From assembly GCA_047602425.1 (NCBI GenBank), contig JASGHG010000001.1, forward strand, positions 1,280,001 through 1,344,000: DNA of 64,000 bases, in the 5' to 3' direction. The position numbers were made by a program, and so were the translations under genes. Source of the DNA: Nibricoccus sp. (GTDB lineage Bacteria; Verrucomicrobiota; Verrucomicrobiia; Opitutales; Opitutaceae). Positions 30,983 through 41,128 of the stretch are shown piece by piece (the stretch's first letter is position 1; every line of letters starts with the position of its first letter). The notes below the pieces were generated by a model that worked only from the letters and a program-made list of their open reading frames with translations, was not told where the DNA came from and did not search any database.

Positions 30983-32686
30983 ATGAATACAAAACCCTGC
31001 GGCTGTTTCAGCACTTTCCTCTGCGCGCTCGGCCTTGCCGTCGCCCTGCTGGGCCTTGGCACCGATGCCATCGCAGCCACCGCTTCCGATTTTTTTTACG
31101 CCACCTTGCCCAAAACCGGAGCCGAACCGAACGACCTACCCTATCGTTACCTCGTGCCGGCGAGCTATAACTCCGCCAACGAATACCCGCTCATCGTTTT
31201 TCTCCATGGTTCCGGCGAACGCGGCAACAACAATACGGCCCAGCTCAACAACAACGCCAACGGCGCACTGCAACTGGTCTCCACCGCCAACCAGGCCGCA
31301 TATCCATGCTTCATGCTCGCACCGCAGGCCAGCGTGGCCGAAGGCTGGAATGTGAACACCCTGGCCCAAGTAGTTCGGGCGATTCAAGTCCTCGAGATGA
31401 CCTACTCGATTGATCCAAATCGGATCTACGTCACCGGCCTTTCAATGGGCGGCGGTGGCACTTGGGAAATCATCACGCGCTACCCGTTCTTTTTCGCCGC
31501 CGCCGCTCCCATGTCCGGCTGGGGCGCGGGCTCCTACGAAAAAATCGTGGGAGTCCCGATTTGGAATTTCCATAGCGTCAACGACGGCACCGTCGCCGTG
31601 AGCGGCAGCGACAATGCCGTCAGCGCCCTGCGCCAGGTAGGCGGCCGCGTCATCTACACTCGCTACGCCACCGGCGGACACGGCATCTGGCCCACCGCGT
31701 ATGCCAATTCGTATCTCCTGCCCTGGATGATGGCTCAGCGCCGCAACCAACCGATTGCGGGAACACCGATTGTCACCATCACTTCTCCCGCGGCGCACGT
31801 CGTATCGCCGGTCATCGTCACTTCGCGCAATATCACCGGCACCGCCTCTGTTCCCGGCGGCACCACGCAGGTCAACTGGACCTTCGCTCCCTGGACTGGC
31901 AGCGGCGGGGTCGACACCAGCACCTACCCACTGGCGACCGGCACGGACAATTGGTCGGTCGACAACGTCGCCAACACTTCCAGTTCAAATCTCTTCCTCG
32001 TCATCGCCACTGGACCCAGTTGGGCCACAGGCACTGGTTCGGCAACCGGTGGCGGCGTCACCACCCTGAACGACTATTTTTGGAACGTTCCCACGGGCGC
32101 CAATCTGACACCTCCCACCCTCGCGATTACCGCTCCAACCACCTCTGGCACCCATGCGACAAGCTCCACACTGGTTCATCTAAGCGGTTCCGCCGCGGCA
32201 ACCGCAGGCAAAACCGTGAAAGCTCTCACGTGGAGAAACGATCGCGGCGGCTCCGGTATCGGAGTTGGCACTACATCGTGGAATGTCGACGCCATTGACC
32301 TCCTGCCCGGCAACAACCTCATTACCGTCACCGCACGCGACTCCGCCGGCATTACGGCCAGCACGACCTTGCTCGTGCAAAGCAGTTCCGGTTCCTCGAG
32401 CAGTTCCTCCTCGTCTTCCAGCTCCAGCAGTAGCTCAAGTTCTTCGTCAAGCAGCTCATCCTCGTCATCATCGTCGAGCAGTTCCAGTTCGTCGTCATCT
32501 TCTTCGAGCTCGTCCTCCAGTTCTTCATCGAGTTCTAGCGGCAGTTCGTCCTCCGGAAGCAGCTCAGGAGCTGGCTCCGGCGGCGGAGGCGGCGGCGGCG
32601 CGCCCAGCCTTTGGTTCCTCGCGGCGTTTAGCACGCTCGCTGCTCTGCGTCATTGCAGCCGCAAGAAAAGCCTTTCCCGTAAATGA
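30983..32686 (+). CDS. Secreted alpha/beta-hydrolase (esterase-like) with Ig-like domains, poly-Ser linker and C-terminal membrane tail
   Basis: Motifs PLIVFLHGSGERG, RIYVTGLSMGG, HSVNDGTV and GGHGIW; ends GGGGGGAPSLWFLAAFSTLAALR..RKK. Confidence 0.88.
   Translation: MNTKPCGCFSTFLCALGLAVALLGLGTDAIAATASDFFYATLPKTGAEPNDLPYRYLVPASYNSANEYPLIVFLHGSGERGNNNTAQLNNNANGALQLVSTANQAAYPCFMLAPQASVAEGWNVNTLAQVVRAIQVLEMTYSIDPNRIYVTGLSMGGGGTWEIITRYPFFFAAAAPMSGWGAGSYEKIVGVPIWNFHSVNDGTVAVSGSDNAVSALRQVGGRVIYTRYATGGHGIWPTAYANSYLLPWMMAQRRNQPIAGTPIVTITSPAAHVVSPVIVTSRNITGTASVPGGTTQVNWTFAPWTGSGGVDTSTYPLATGTDNWSVDNVANTSSSNLFLVIATGPSWATGTGSATGGGVTTLNDYFWNVPTGANLTPPTLAITAPTTSGTHATSSTLVHLSGSAAATAGKTVKALTWRNDRGGSGIGVGTTSWNVDAIDLLPGNNLITVTARDSAGITASTTLLVQSSSGSSSSSSSSSSSSSSSSSSSSSSSSSSSSSSSSSSSSSSSSSSSSSSSSSGSSSSGSSSGAGSGGGGGGGAPSLWFLAAFSTLAALRHCSRKKSLSRK
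32381..32565 (+). repeat. Poly-serine linker coding tract
   Basis: About 60 codons, mostly Ser, with mixed codons. Confidence 0.9.
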
Positions 32687-32761
32687 ACTTTTTGCCGTCG
32701 ATTCAAAGGTGTGTGCGTCGGCGGCCTATGGTTAGAAAAGTGGGTTGATTAAAAAGGTCAC

Positions 32762-32800
32762 AAGACGGGCGCGATCGACTTCGCGCCCGTCTTCATTTTT
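32762..32800 (+). terminator. Intrinsic terminator
   Basis: 13-bp stem AAGACGGGCGCGA/TCGCGCCCGTCTT followed by CATTTTT. Confidence 0.7.
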
Positions 32801-32991
32801 ACCCCAAAACCCCCTCTGGGGCCGTCGTCAGCGCAGCTGTTTTGCAATGACACCGGTAAAAATCACGCGGACCCGCGACAGATCGCCCAATCTGGTTATA
32901 AATCTACAGACAGCCTTCGTGATTCGCGCGCCAAGAGCCCCATGGCGGATCACTTTACGAACCAATCGCCAGAAATAATCGACGCACTCCC

Positions 32992-35637
32992 ATGTCCATC
33001 GAATATTCCGATCAACAAGAACAGACCTACCCCACATCACTCCGCGCCGCCGAGAACGAACAGATTCGCCTCCGTCGGGCGCAACTTAATATCGATCCCC
33101 GGGCGCCGGCCGTAGGCGTCGGTCTCTCCGGCGGGGGCATTCGCAGCGCCACATTTTGTATCGGCGTTTTTCAAGCCCTCGCGCGACTCAAACTCGTTCG
33201 CAAGATCGATTATCTTTCGACTGTTTCCGGCGGCGGATATTTTGGCGGTTTTCTCGGGGCGTCCTTTTCCCGCGAAGGCGCCACTGCCGATAAAATTGAA
33301 AAAGAGCTATCCGACAACCACTCCTGGTCTATCCAGTGGTTGCGCGACAACGGTCGTTTTCTTTCGCCCAACGGTGCCGGCGACAGCTGGATCGCAGCCG
33401 CCGTCATGCTCCGCAACTGGGCGGCGGTCCACTGCGTGATGCTCACTTTCGCGTTTCTTGTTTTTGGCTTTGGCGTGTTGTTGCGTGCCGAACTTACCAC
33501 AACGCTCGCAAGCAACGAATCCTGGATGAAACTCGAGCATTTCATGTGGACGCACAAGGCGCTCGGCATCTGGTGGAGTCCCTGGGTCCTTCTGCCGGTC
33601 ATCCCGTTTATCACCATGATGGTGCCGGGCGGAGTGCTTTTCTGGCTCACCCAAAGCACGCCCTTGATGGGAGCGCTACGAAAGATCGGCGCCATTTTTA
33701 GCAAAGATTGGAGGTCGTATTCAGATAATGAATTCATCAGCCACGCACAAAACCGGCTGACCACGCTGCTGGTGCTTGGTTTTATCCCGACACTGGTGCT
33801 GGCCGCCTTCGCCGTCGTCGATTCGCTCGGCCAAACCGCTTATTGGAAATGGTCCGCCGACGATTTCCAGTTTCCCACCCTTTGGGCCACGCTGACCGGC
33901 ATCGGCTTCGGCGCCTACGGGCTGGCTTCGAAAATCTACATCCTGATCGAAAACCTTGTCGGAAAAGGAAAATTCAAGATCACCGTCGACGCCGTCGCCT
34001 TGCTCGCGTCCATCGCCTGGACTTTGTTGATCATCATCGGCGTGTCGGTGGCGGCTTGTTCGCTGGCCTGGTCGAAAGAACGCGTGGCAATCGACGGGCA
34101 GCTCATGCCGATGAACGAATCCTGGCGGCTCTCCATTGCGGTGATTACCGCCCTGGCTTTGTCCTGGTTTTTCAGCCGGAGCTTCGCGTTCGTCAATCTT
34201 TCGTCGCTGCAACAGGTCTACGCCGCTCGCCTGCGACGCGCCTACATTGGCGCAACCAATCTCGATCGCCAGGCCTCGGAAAATTTCAGCATGACCGATC
34301 TCATCCCCGGCGACGATTTCCTTCTCGAGGAATACCAGCCGCAAAAATCCGGCGGTCCGCTTCACCTGATCAACGTCACCGTCAACGAAACCCTGTCCGA
34401 CAAAACCCACATCGAACGTCGCGACCGCAAGGGGCTCGCCATGGCCGTCGGCCCCTGCGGGATTTCGGTTGGCGACACCGCGCACTCCCTTTGGGCCGAC
34501 CCAGCCGATGCGCCCAAACGACTTGGGCGTTCCTTGCTTTCGGCGCTCTTCGAGGATCCCTGCCGGCCCGTCGCGCCGATCGTCAAGGAACCCGAACCCG
34601 GTGAAAAACCTAATTCCGCCCACGGCGTGCATCCGAAGAAAAGCGTTCCCATCAATGTCGAGTGCCTTTCCCTGGGCCGTTGGATTGCCATTTCCGGCGC
34701 AGCCTTCACCACCGGTTTGGGGGAGCGGACGAATTTGGGACTCAGCCTTCTGCTCGGCCTCGCCAACGTCCGCCTCGGCTATTGGTGGGATTCCGGACTC
34801 AGCCAAGGTACAACCGATACCGCCAAAGACAAAACTTTCGCCGAGGTAGCCGGCCGGGTTTTCCATTATGTGCTGCCGCTTCAAGCCTGCCTCGTGAACG
34901 AATTTTTCGCCCGCTTCCATGGCGCCGCCCGCAGGTATTGGTATCTCTCCGACGGAGGTCACTTCGAAAACACCGGCTGCTACGAACTCATCCGGCGTCG
35001 CGTTCCCTTCATCCTCTGCACCGATGGCGGATCCGATCCGGACTACCAATTCGCCGATCTGGCCAACCTCGTGCGCAAAGCCCGAATCGATTTTGGCGCC
35101 GAGATCGAAATCATCCGCCGTGCCGACGACGCCGACAAAAAGGAGCCCGGGCACGATCTTCCCTCGCTTGAGCAACTCGTTCATCCGTCCGTGGTCGACA
35201 TGTTTGGCGCCCCCGAGGACTTTCACGCACTTTCCGAGGAGGAAGTCGGCGCGCCCGCCAATCGCCGGCACGCCCTGCTTGCCCGTATTCGTTATTCCGA
35301 TACCGGAGAAACCGGCTGGCTCCTCGTCATCAAACCCGGCCTGGGTGGAGACGAACCGGTCGATGTACTCCAATATCAGCGCACGCACCCGCTCTTCCCG
35401 CAGGAGCCCACGTCCGACCAGTTCTTCGACGAAGCCCAGTGGGAGAGCTACCGGAAGCTCGCCCAGCACATCGTCACCGCGCTCTTCACCGCACCCACCG
35501 ATGGAGACCCCCGTTGGAGCCCTTCGCGGTTTGCCGCTCCCGAGGTCATTCTGTCGGAAGACGACTCAATCCCGGCAGTATCGCGTTCTCCGCTGCCTGC
35601 CGCGAACGGCGCGACGCAGGCCGTTCTGCGGACATAA
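32992..35637 (+). CDS. Patatin/cPLA2-like phospholipase with a multi-TM insertion
   Basis: Motifs GLSGGGIRSA (oxyanion), YLSTVSGG (nucleophile) and LSDGGHFEN (catalytic Asp); several TM helices lie between them. Confidence 0.82.
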   Translation: MSIEYSDQQEQTYPTSLRAAENEQIRLRRAQLNIDPRAPAVGVGLSGGGIRSATFCIGVFQALARLKLVRKIDYLSTVSGGGYFGGFLGASFSREGATADKIEKELSDNHSWSIQWLRDNGRFLSPNGAGDSWIAAAVMLRNWAAVHCVMLTFAFLVFGFGVLLRAELTTTLASNESWMKLEHFMWTHKALGIWWSPWVLLPVIPFITMMVPGGVLFWLTQSTPLMGALRKIGAIFSKDWRSYSDNEFISHAQNRLTTLLVLGFIPTLVLAAFAVVDSLGQTAYWKWSADDFQFPTLWATLTGIGFGAYGLASKIYILIENLVGKGKFKITVDAVALLASIAWTLLIIIGVSVAACSLAWSKERVAIDGQLMPMNESWRLSIAVITALALSWFFSRSFAFVNLSSLQQVYAARLRRAYIGATNLDRQASENFSMTDLIPGDDFLLEEYQPQKSGGPLHLINVTVNETLSDKTHIERRDRKGLAMAVGPCGISVGDTAHSLWADPADAPKRLGRSLLSALFEDPCRPVAPIVKEPEPGEKPNSAHGVHPKKSVPINVECLSLGRWIAISGAAFTTGLGERTNLGLSLLLGLANVRLGYWWDSGLSQGTTDTAKDKTFAEVAGRVFHYVLPLQACLVNEFFARFHGAARRYWYLSDGGHFENTGCYELIRRRVPFILCTDGGSDPDYQFADLANLVRKARIDFGAEIEIIRRADDADKKEPGHDLPSLEQLVHPSVVDMFGAPEDFHALSEEEVGAPANRRHALLARIRYSDTGETGWLLVIKPGLGGDEPVDVLQYQRTHPLFPQEPTSDQFFDEAQWESYRKLAQHIVTALFTAPTDGDPRWSPSRFAAPEVILSEDDSIPAVSRSPLPAANGATQAVLRT

Positions 35638-35764
35638 CTTCCGGCACTCCAATTTTCCAGAGCCGTGCGCCGCATCACGCTCGCGCGGTCAAAGGACTCC
35701 GGCTGTTTACCGGATGCCGGGCGCCGCCATCTTTTTCGTTGCCCGGCCCGCACGGAGCTCAACG

Positions 35765-36583
35765 ATGCCGCTCAACGTGGTTCCTGACTCCGACTATCGC
35801 ATTAAACTCCCGGTCTTTGAAGGCCCGCTCGATCTTTTGCTCTTCCTCATCCGGAAGAACGAAATCGACATCTACGACATTCCCATCGTCACCGTCACGC
35901 AACAGTACATCGACGTCATCAAATCGATGCAGCAGCTCGACTTGGAAATCGCCGGGGACTTCTTCGTGATGGCCGCCACGTTGATGGAGATTAAAAGCCG
36001 CATGTTGCTGCCCAAGGGCCAGCACGCCGTCGATCCCAATGCCGAGGACGACGATGCCATGGATCCGCGATGGGAACTGGTCCATCAACTTCTTCAGTAC
36101 AAAAAATTCAAGGAGGCCGCCCGCGACATCGACAACCTAGCGACTTTCCAGCGCGACATGCTGCCACGCCACGTCGTCACCTCGATTGTCGCCGACAGTG
36201 ACCGTCCGCTCAAAAGCACTGATCGCATCGAGCTTTGGAACTCGTTCAACATTGTCCTCCGCCGTCTCGCCGAAAAACTTGTTGTCGGCGAAATCAAGGA
36301 TGAGCAGGTGACCGTCGCCGACCAGATGGAGCACATTCTCAAGCGCCTCGAAACGGAAAAGACGTTTCTCTTCACTCAGCTTTTCGCCGAAAAAATCACA
36401 CTGCGCGTCCTCGTTGCCACGTTCATCGCCGTGCTCGAACTTGCCCGCCTGCAAAAACTCCGCGTGAAGCAGGACGAAGCTTTCACCGACATCATTTGCA
36501 CTGCGGTCGAGACAAACCCAGCCAACTCTCAGCCGCCGGCCAGCCCCGCGCCCGACTCCACCCCCGACCCTCTTCTCGCGTGA
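35765..36583 (+). CDS. scpA: Segregation and condensation protein A
   Basis: Motifs [30 protein letters not shown] and TFIAVLEL; start set at ATG 35765. Confidence 0.96.
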   Translation: MPLNVVPDSDYRIKLPVFEGPLDLLLFLIRKNEIDIYDIPIVTVTQQYIDVIKSMQQLDLEIAGDFFVMAATLMEIKSRMLLPKGQHAVDPNAEDDDAMDPRWELVHQLLQYKKFKEAARDIDNLATFQRDMLPRHVVTSIVADSDRPLKSTDRIELWNSFNIVLRRLAEKLVVGEIKDEQVTVADQMEHILKRLETEKTFLFTQLFAEKITLRVLVATFIAVLELARLQKLRVKQDEAFTDIICTAVETNPANSQPPASPAPDSTPDPLLA

Positions 36584-36849
36584 GCAAAAAGCCTTCCAAA
36601 CCCGTCAAGAAAACTTCGCCAAAAAAACATGCCGCTTTGCTCGGCGTTGGCCTCGACAACACCGATGGGCACAAACGCATCACCCAAGGCGAACAATTCA
36701 CGCTCGTCGGCGGCTCCGAAGAAACGCACGGACGCATGACCGAAACCGTGGTGAAGACTTTCGAAGAATTGAAACATCGCCGCAAACATCTCGCCACCGT
36801 GGAGCCGGCGGAACTCGCGGAAATCATTCACAAATCCACCCCGCGCTAG
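36580..36849 (+). CDS. Small hypothetical protein translationally coupled to scpA
   Basis: GTGA overlap with the scpA stop; [34 protein letters not shown]. Confidence 0.8.
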   Translation: MSKKPSKPVKKTSPKKHAALLGVGLDNTDGHKRITQGEQFTLVGGSEETHGRMTETVVKTFEELKHRRKHLATVEPAELAEIIHKSTPR

Positions 36850-36941
36850 CCCGCGTTTTTTATTTCCTCCCCGGAGTTGAATCCGCGCTGCATACGCATT
36901 TCTTCGCATCATCAACCATAACAAATCCTGTCACGCACAAT

Positions 36942-37266
36942 ATGGCCGCCAATATCACCACGCTCTCCGCAATCTCCTTTAAACCCGCGATCAGCACCGA
37001 AACGCCCGTCCTCGTGGACTTTTGGGCTCCTTGGTGCGGCCCTTGCAAAGCCATCGCCCCCATGCTGGAAGAGCTTGCCGGCGAACTTTCTGGCAAGGTC
37101 CAGATCGCCAAACTCGATGTCGATGAACATGGTCCTCTCGCGGTCCGAGTTCGGCGTGCGCAACATCCCGACGTTGATCCTTTTCAAAAATGGCCAAGAG
37201 GTCGAACGCATCACCGGCGCCATCCCAAAAGCCAACATCAAGGAAAAGATCTTGGCCAAGGTCTGA
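36942..37266 (+). pseudogene. trxA: Thioredoxin with a 1-bp insertion frameshift (pseudogene or sequencing error)
   Basis: [12 protein letters not shown] is in one frame and [17 protein letters not shown]...KILAKV* in the next; the junction CTC GCG [G] TCC GAG TTC is at about 37143. Confidence 0.9.
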
Positions 37267-37292
37267 CGCGCTTTCGCATTTCCCTCTCAATC

Positions 37293-37319
37293 AAGGCACC
37301 GCAAATGGTGCCTTTTTTT
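37293..37319 (+). terminator. Intrinsic terminator after trxA
   Basis: AAGGCACC-GCAAAT-GGTGCCTT followed by a T-run, just after the stop of the second trxA frame. Confidence 0.85.
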
Positions 37320-37387
37320 GTGCTTCTACAAAATCTTCCTTCGCCGATGCACCTTAATCCCCAGCCAAAAACGCCGATACTGACCCG

Positions 37388-39124
37388 GTGGGCCCTACCC
37401 TAGCGCAACAAACCATAAAACGCGTCTCCGACGGCCTCGAATCCGGCGAATCCGCAGGCCTTTCCGAAATCGTAGCCCTTATCCAGCAGCTGTCGGGCCC
37501 CGCGCTCGACACCTCCGTGCAGGACTTGGCCACCATGATTGGCAAAGATTTGGTCGTCACCGCCAAGGTCATCGTGGCCGCCAACACCATTGGCTACAAT
37601 CCCACCGGTGTCGAAGTTTCCACCATCACGCAAGCCATCCACGTCATCGGTTTTAATAAAATCCGCCAGCTCGCCGTCTCCCTGCTCCTCATCGAAAACG
37701 CCGAGCGCACCCTCAACCCCACCGAGAAACGCGAGATTGCCGCGCTCGCCCTCTGCTCCGGTCTCATGGCCGAAAGCGTGATGGAAAAACACGGCAGCAC
37801 TTCTCCCGAGCACGCCTTTATCTGCGCTTCCCTTCGCAATTACGGCCGCATCCTCATGACTACTTTCATGATCGAGGACTACCGCCGCGCCCGCATCCTT
37901 GCCATGGAAAGCGGCGCCTCAGAAGACGAGGCCTTTAACCAGGTCTTTGGGCTAACTCCGCTGGAGTTGGGCCATCACTTGCTCGCCAGCGCCCATCTGC
38001 CCGAACCCATTTTAAAATCCCTTCAGTCGCTGCCGCCCGACGCCGTGCGCAAGGCTTCCCAAAATCCAAACGTCGAATTGCTCGTCCTCGCCGACCTCTC
38101 CGTTCAACTTTGCGAACTCGCCTTGCGCCCCGACATCAACGCCAGCGAATTCGAGAAAAAAGCCCACGCCCTTTCCGCAAAAACCGGCCGCGCTTTCGGT
38201 CTCGATGTCGAAGGTCTCCTCGGCGCTCTGAGCGACACCGGCCAGCAGCTCAACGCTTTCTCCGCCAGCTTCGGTCTCAAGGCTCTCACGGGTAGCCTCG
38301 CCCCGCGTCTCAAAGCCCGGGTCGACCGCAAGGATCCTTCGGGTTTCCTGCCGCTCGGCCGCCTCACGCCGACCGATGCCGAACCTTCCGCTCTCTCCAC
38401 TCCGCCGATTCCAACCTCGGATTCACGGCCCACCACTCCGCCGATTCCGCCCACGCCGACCCCACTGACTCCTTCCGCGAGTTCGCCTCAAAAATCCGAG
38501 CCCGTTCCGCCCGTTCAGATTTCAAATCCCGGGTCACCCCTGCCGCCGTCCACTGCCACCGTTCCGCCGGCCGAGATCAAAACCGCCGAACCACCCGCCA
38601 GCACCGAAGTCGTTTTCCAACGCGCGTTCGACACCGGCATCGACCAATTGGCCAGCCTGCTCAATGAAACGCCGGTCGACATGGACAAGGTTTTCCGCGT
38701 AATTCTGCAGTCCGCGATGCAGGGCTTCAACGCTAGCGAAGCCGTGCTGTTCGTCCGCGACCGCTCCAGCCTGCCCTATTCGGCGCAGTATGGAAAAGGG
38801 CCGCTCGTCGACTCGATCCGCCGGCAGCCCCTCGTCCGCGAAAGCGACCGCAATGTCTGCGGCATCTGCCTCCAACGCCTCGAGGACGTTTTCATCAACG
38901 ACGCCACCGATGCGAAGATTGTCGCCCATCTTCCCCCTTGGCTGAAAACCAGCAAACTTGCCTCTTTCGTCTTGTTGCCCGTGCACGAAAACAAGCGGCC
39001 CTTCGCCCTCGTGCTCGCCGGCTGGCACGAAAAGAAAACAATCGGCTTCACCGTAAGCCAGATCCGCCAAGTTCGCTCGCTCCTGAAACTCGCCGGCACC
39101 GCCCACCGCCTCGCCAGCCTCTGA
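37388..39124 (+). CDS. HDOD-domain protein with a Pro-rich linker and a GAF-like C-terminal domain
   Basis: HDOD-like D..TAKVI..AN...[11 protein letters not shown] and [10 protein letters not shown]-terminal DVFIND...SFVLLPV. Confidence 0.85.
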   Translation: MGPTLAQQTIKRVSDGLESGESAGLSEIVALIQQLSGPALDTSVQDLATMIGKDLVVTAKVIVAANTIGYNPTGVEVSTITQAIHVIGFNKIRQLAVSLLLIENAERTLNPTEKREIAALALCSGLMAESVMEKHGSTSPEHAFICASLRNYGRILMTTFMIEDYRRARILAMESGASEDEAFNQVFGLTPLELGHHLLASAHLPEPILKSLQSLPPDAVRKASQNPNVELLVLADLSVQLCELALRPDINASEFEKKAHALSAKTGRAFGLDVEGLLGALSDTGQQLNAFSASFGLKALTGSLAPRLKARVDRKDPSGFLPLGRLTPTDAEPSALSTPPIPTSDSRPTTPPIPPTPTPLTPSASSPQKSEPVPPVQISNPGSPLPPSTATVPPAEIKTAEPPASTEVVFQRAFDTGIDQLASLLNETPVDMDKVFRVILQSAMQGFNASEAVLFVRDRSSLPYSAQYGKGPLVDSIRRQPLVRESDRNVCGICLQRLEDVFINDATDAKIVAHLPPWLKTSKLASFVLLPVHENKRPFALVLAGWHEKKTIGFTVSQIRQVRSLLKLAGTAHRLASL

Positions 39125-39181
39125 CCCCCAGCCGGCCAAACCAAGTTAAGGAACCAAAACCCCGCCATTCCACCTCCAACC

Positions 39182-39318
39182 GTTTGTCATCTATTAAATG
39201 ACAAACTTCCGTGCCGGCGATGGGGGGGGTACTTTTCGTTGCCGTCGGCCTGTTTTTTCGCTCTCGGCAGTCCTTACTGCCCAAACCGCTTGTCATTTAA
39301 TAGATGACAACCGGTTTG
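39182..39318. repeat. Pair of TATTA-centred palindromes between convergent genes
   Basis: TTGTCATCTATTAAATGACAA (39184-39204) and its reverse complement TTGTCATTTAATAGATGACAA (39290-39310). Confidence 0.85.
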
Positions 39319-39481
39319 CTGCCCATGCCGGAAATCCAACAAAAACTGGCCCCAGAGTTTTTCTCATATGCACAGGGTTCGGGCAAAATGGGCTTCTAGA
39401 GAAGCGAGCGTAAATGTCGGGGCGGAGGCGCAAATTTCCAATCGATCAGAAGTCTTGCAGCTCGAAAAAATGGGTTTCGTA

Positions 39482-40387
39482 CTACATCAACACGCCGGCA
39501 CTCAGCAGGACCGCGTAGAGCGCGAGCAGTTTCCCGGTGTCGCCCAGGAGGGCGATTAGTTCGTCGGCCGTTTTTGCCTCTGCCAGACGGTTTGTGTGAC
39601 GCCAGGCTAGAGGAACGAGCAGAAGCGGGAGCAAAACCACCGGCTTGTAACCCATGCGCAATAGGTGCAGCGGAATGGTCAGCGCAACCAGCAGCGATAC
39701 ACCAAACTGCACGCGTGCAAACCGACGCCCGAAGCGCACCACCAACGTGCGCTTTCCGGCCACACGGTCGGTGTCAACGTCGCGATAATTGTTCACCACG
39801 AGAATGTTTGTCGCGAGCAAACCCACACCAACCGAGCAAAGCAGCGCTTCTTGGCTGACATAACCGGTTTGCACAAAAAATGTCGCGCAAACCGCAACCA
39901 GCCCAAAGAAGATAAAAACAAAAATATCGCCCAGCCCGTTGTAACCGAGCGGGTAGGGCCCGCCCGTATAGGCGATTCCACATAGAATGCTTGTTACTCC
40001 AACCACCAGCAAGGGCCAGCCACCGTATTTCAAAAGCGAAAGCCCCACAAGGAAGGCAAACATGAACACAATGAGCATCACCGATTTCATGACCTCGGGC
40101 GAAACGAGCCCCGCAGCCACCGCTCGGCGCGGGCCCACCCGTTCTTTTGTGTCCGCGCCTTTGATGAAATCGTAATAATCGTTCGCGAAATTCGTGCCGA
40201 TCTGGATCAGCAGGGCAAAACCAAGACAGGCCAGCGCTGCCGCCCAAGATAGTGGCCGTTTTTCCAACCAAAGATCGTGCCAGGCCAACGTCGTGCCCAC
40301 GAGCACCGGCGCAATAGCCGCCGGCAGCGTGCGCGGCCGGGCCGCAGCGATCCAGATTTTCAAAAACGAAGGTTTTTCCTTGGGCAT
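39482..40387 (-). CDS. menA: 1,4-dihydroxy-2-naphthoate polyprenyltransferase
   Basis: Motifs AARPRTLPA, QIGTNFANDYYDF..GAD, YTGGPYPLGY.GLGD and NNYRD..D..GKRTL. Confidence 0.96.
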   Translation of the reverse strand: MPKEKPSFLKIWIAAARPRTLPAAIAPVLVGTTLAWHDLWLEKRPLSWAAALACLGFALLIQIGTNFANDYYDFIKGADTKERVGPRRAVAAGLVSPEVMKSVMLIVFMFAFLVGLSLLKYGGWPLLVVGVTSILCGIAYTGGPYPLGYNGLGDIFVFIFFGLVAVCATFFVQTGYVSQEALLCSVGVGLLATNILVVNNYRDVDTDRVAGKRTLVVRFGRRFARVQFGVSLLVALTIPLHLLRMGYKPVVLLPLLLVPLAWRHTNRLAEAKTADELIALLGDTGKLLALYAVLLSAGVLM

Positions 40388-40465
40388 CGACCGCTATCTC
40401 GCACGGACGGTCGCCAAGAGGCAAAGAAAGATTTTCAAATCTCGGCCGGGCCCCCGGCAATCTTC

Positions 40466-41104
40466 TCACTTCGGCAGATTCGCCGCGATATCTTCGGATA
40501 GGCGCGCCACCGCTTCGCTGAGTGCGCCCGCAAGCGCGCCAAAGTCCTTACCGTTCCAGCCTTGCTCGGGCGCGGTAAAAGTCCGCCGCACCACCACTTG
40601 ACCACCTGCGCCCGCGGCAATGACGTCATAGGCTGCGTTAAAGCGCGTGATGTTGCGCCCGTCGGCAGACAATGCGCCTTCGCAATTCAGCACGCGTATG
40701 GCGACATCGTAATCGCGTTTCAGATCGGCCGCAAAAGGATAGTTCGCCACGCCACCAACCGCTTCCGTCGACAGCAGCTGCTGTTTGAGCACGCGGTAAA
40801 TACCGGTTTCAAGAGGTTCGGCCCAGCGATTGTACTCCTCGAAGCGAATTTCATTCGCGCCCGTCCGCACCGCGATATCGCGGCGGTTGTGCAGGTAACC
40901 GGCGAGTTCGATCGGGCGAATGCCGACCTGGTACTTCCCGACAGGCTTGGTCGCCACCAGTTCGGCCGCAGCCGGGCTGCTCAGCACAAAGTTGCGCGTC
41001 GGATCAACCTTGGCTTCGGGCAAAACCTGACAGCCCGCCAGAAGCGAAAGGGCTAAGCCGACAAAACCGGCGTGAGACACAGCAGAGCGGATACGTTTTT
41101 TCAT
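40466..41104 (-). CDS. PqiC-family ABC transporter auxiliary lipoprotein
   Basis: Lipobox LAGC; motifs IELAGYL and RWAEPL; last gene of the MCE operon. Confidence 0.88.
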   Translation of the reverse strand: MKKRIRSAVSHAGFVGLALSLLAGCQVLPEAKVDPTRNFVLSSPAAAELVATKPVGKYQVGIRPIELAGYLHNRRDIAVRTGANEIRFEEYNRWAEPLETGIYRVLKQQLLSTEAVGGVANYPFAADLKRDYDVAIRVLNCEGALSADGRNITRFNAAYDVIAAGAGGQVVVRRTFTAPEQGWNGKDFGALAGALSEAVARLSEDIAANLPK

Positions 41105-41128
41105 GGCTGCGAAAAGGGGGTCGAAGTT

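Noticed and set aside
32176..32634. Glu/Asp/Leu-rich minus-strand ORFs (also 30411-30671)
   Set aside because: They are the reverse-complement reading of the poly-Ser linkers.
33721..35469. Long antisense ORFs here and at 22086-23645, 41961-43334, 50356-51597 and 60069-61454
   Set aside because: Each fully overlaps a well-supported gene on the opposite strand and shows no domain signature.
34919..35764. 282-aa N-terminal extension of ScpA
   Set aside because: It overlaps the patatin-like gene in another frame; ScpA homology begins at ATG 35765.
37143..37403. Thioredoxin with a novel C-terminal extension (153-aa ORF)
   Set aside because: This is frameshift read-through that crosses the terminator; the true C-terminus is in the next frame.
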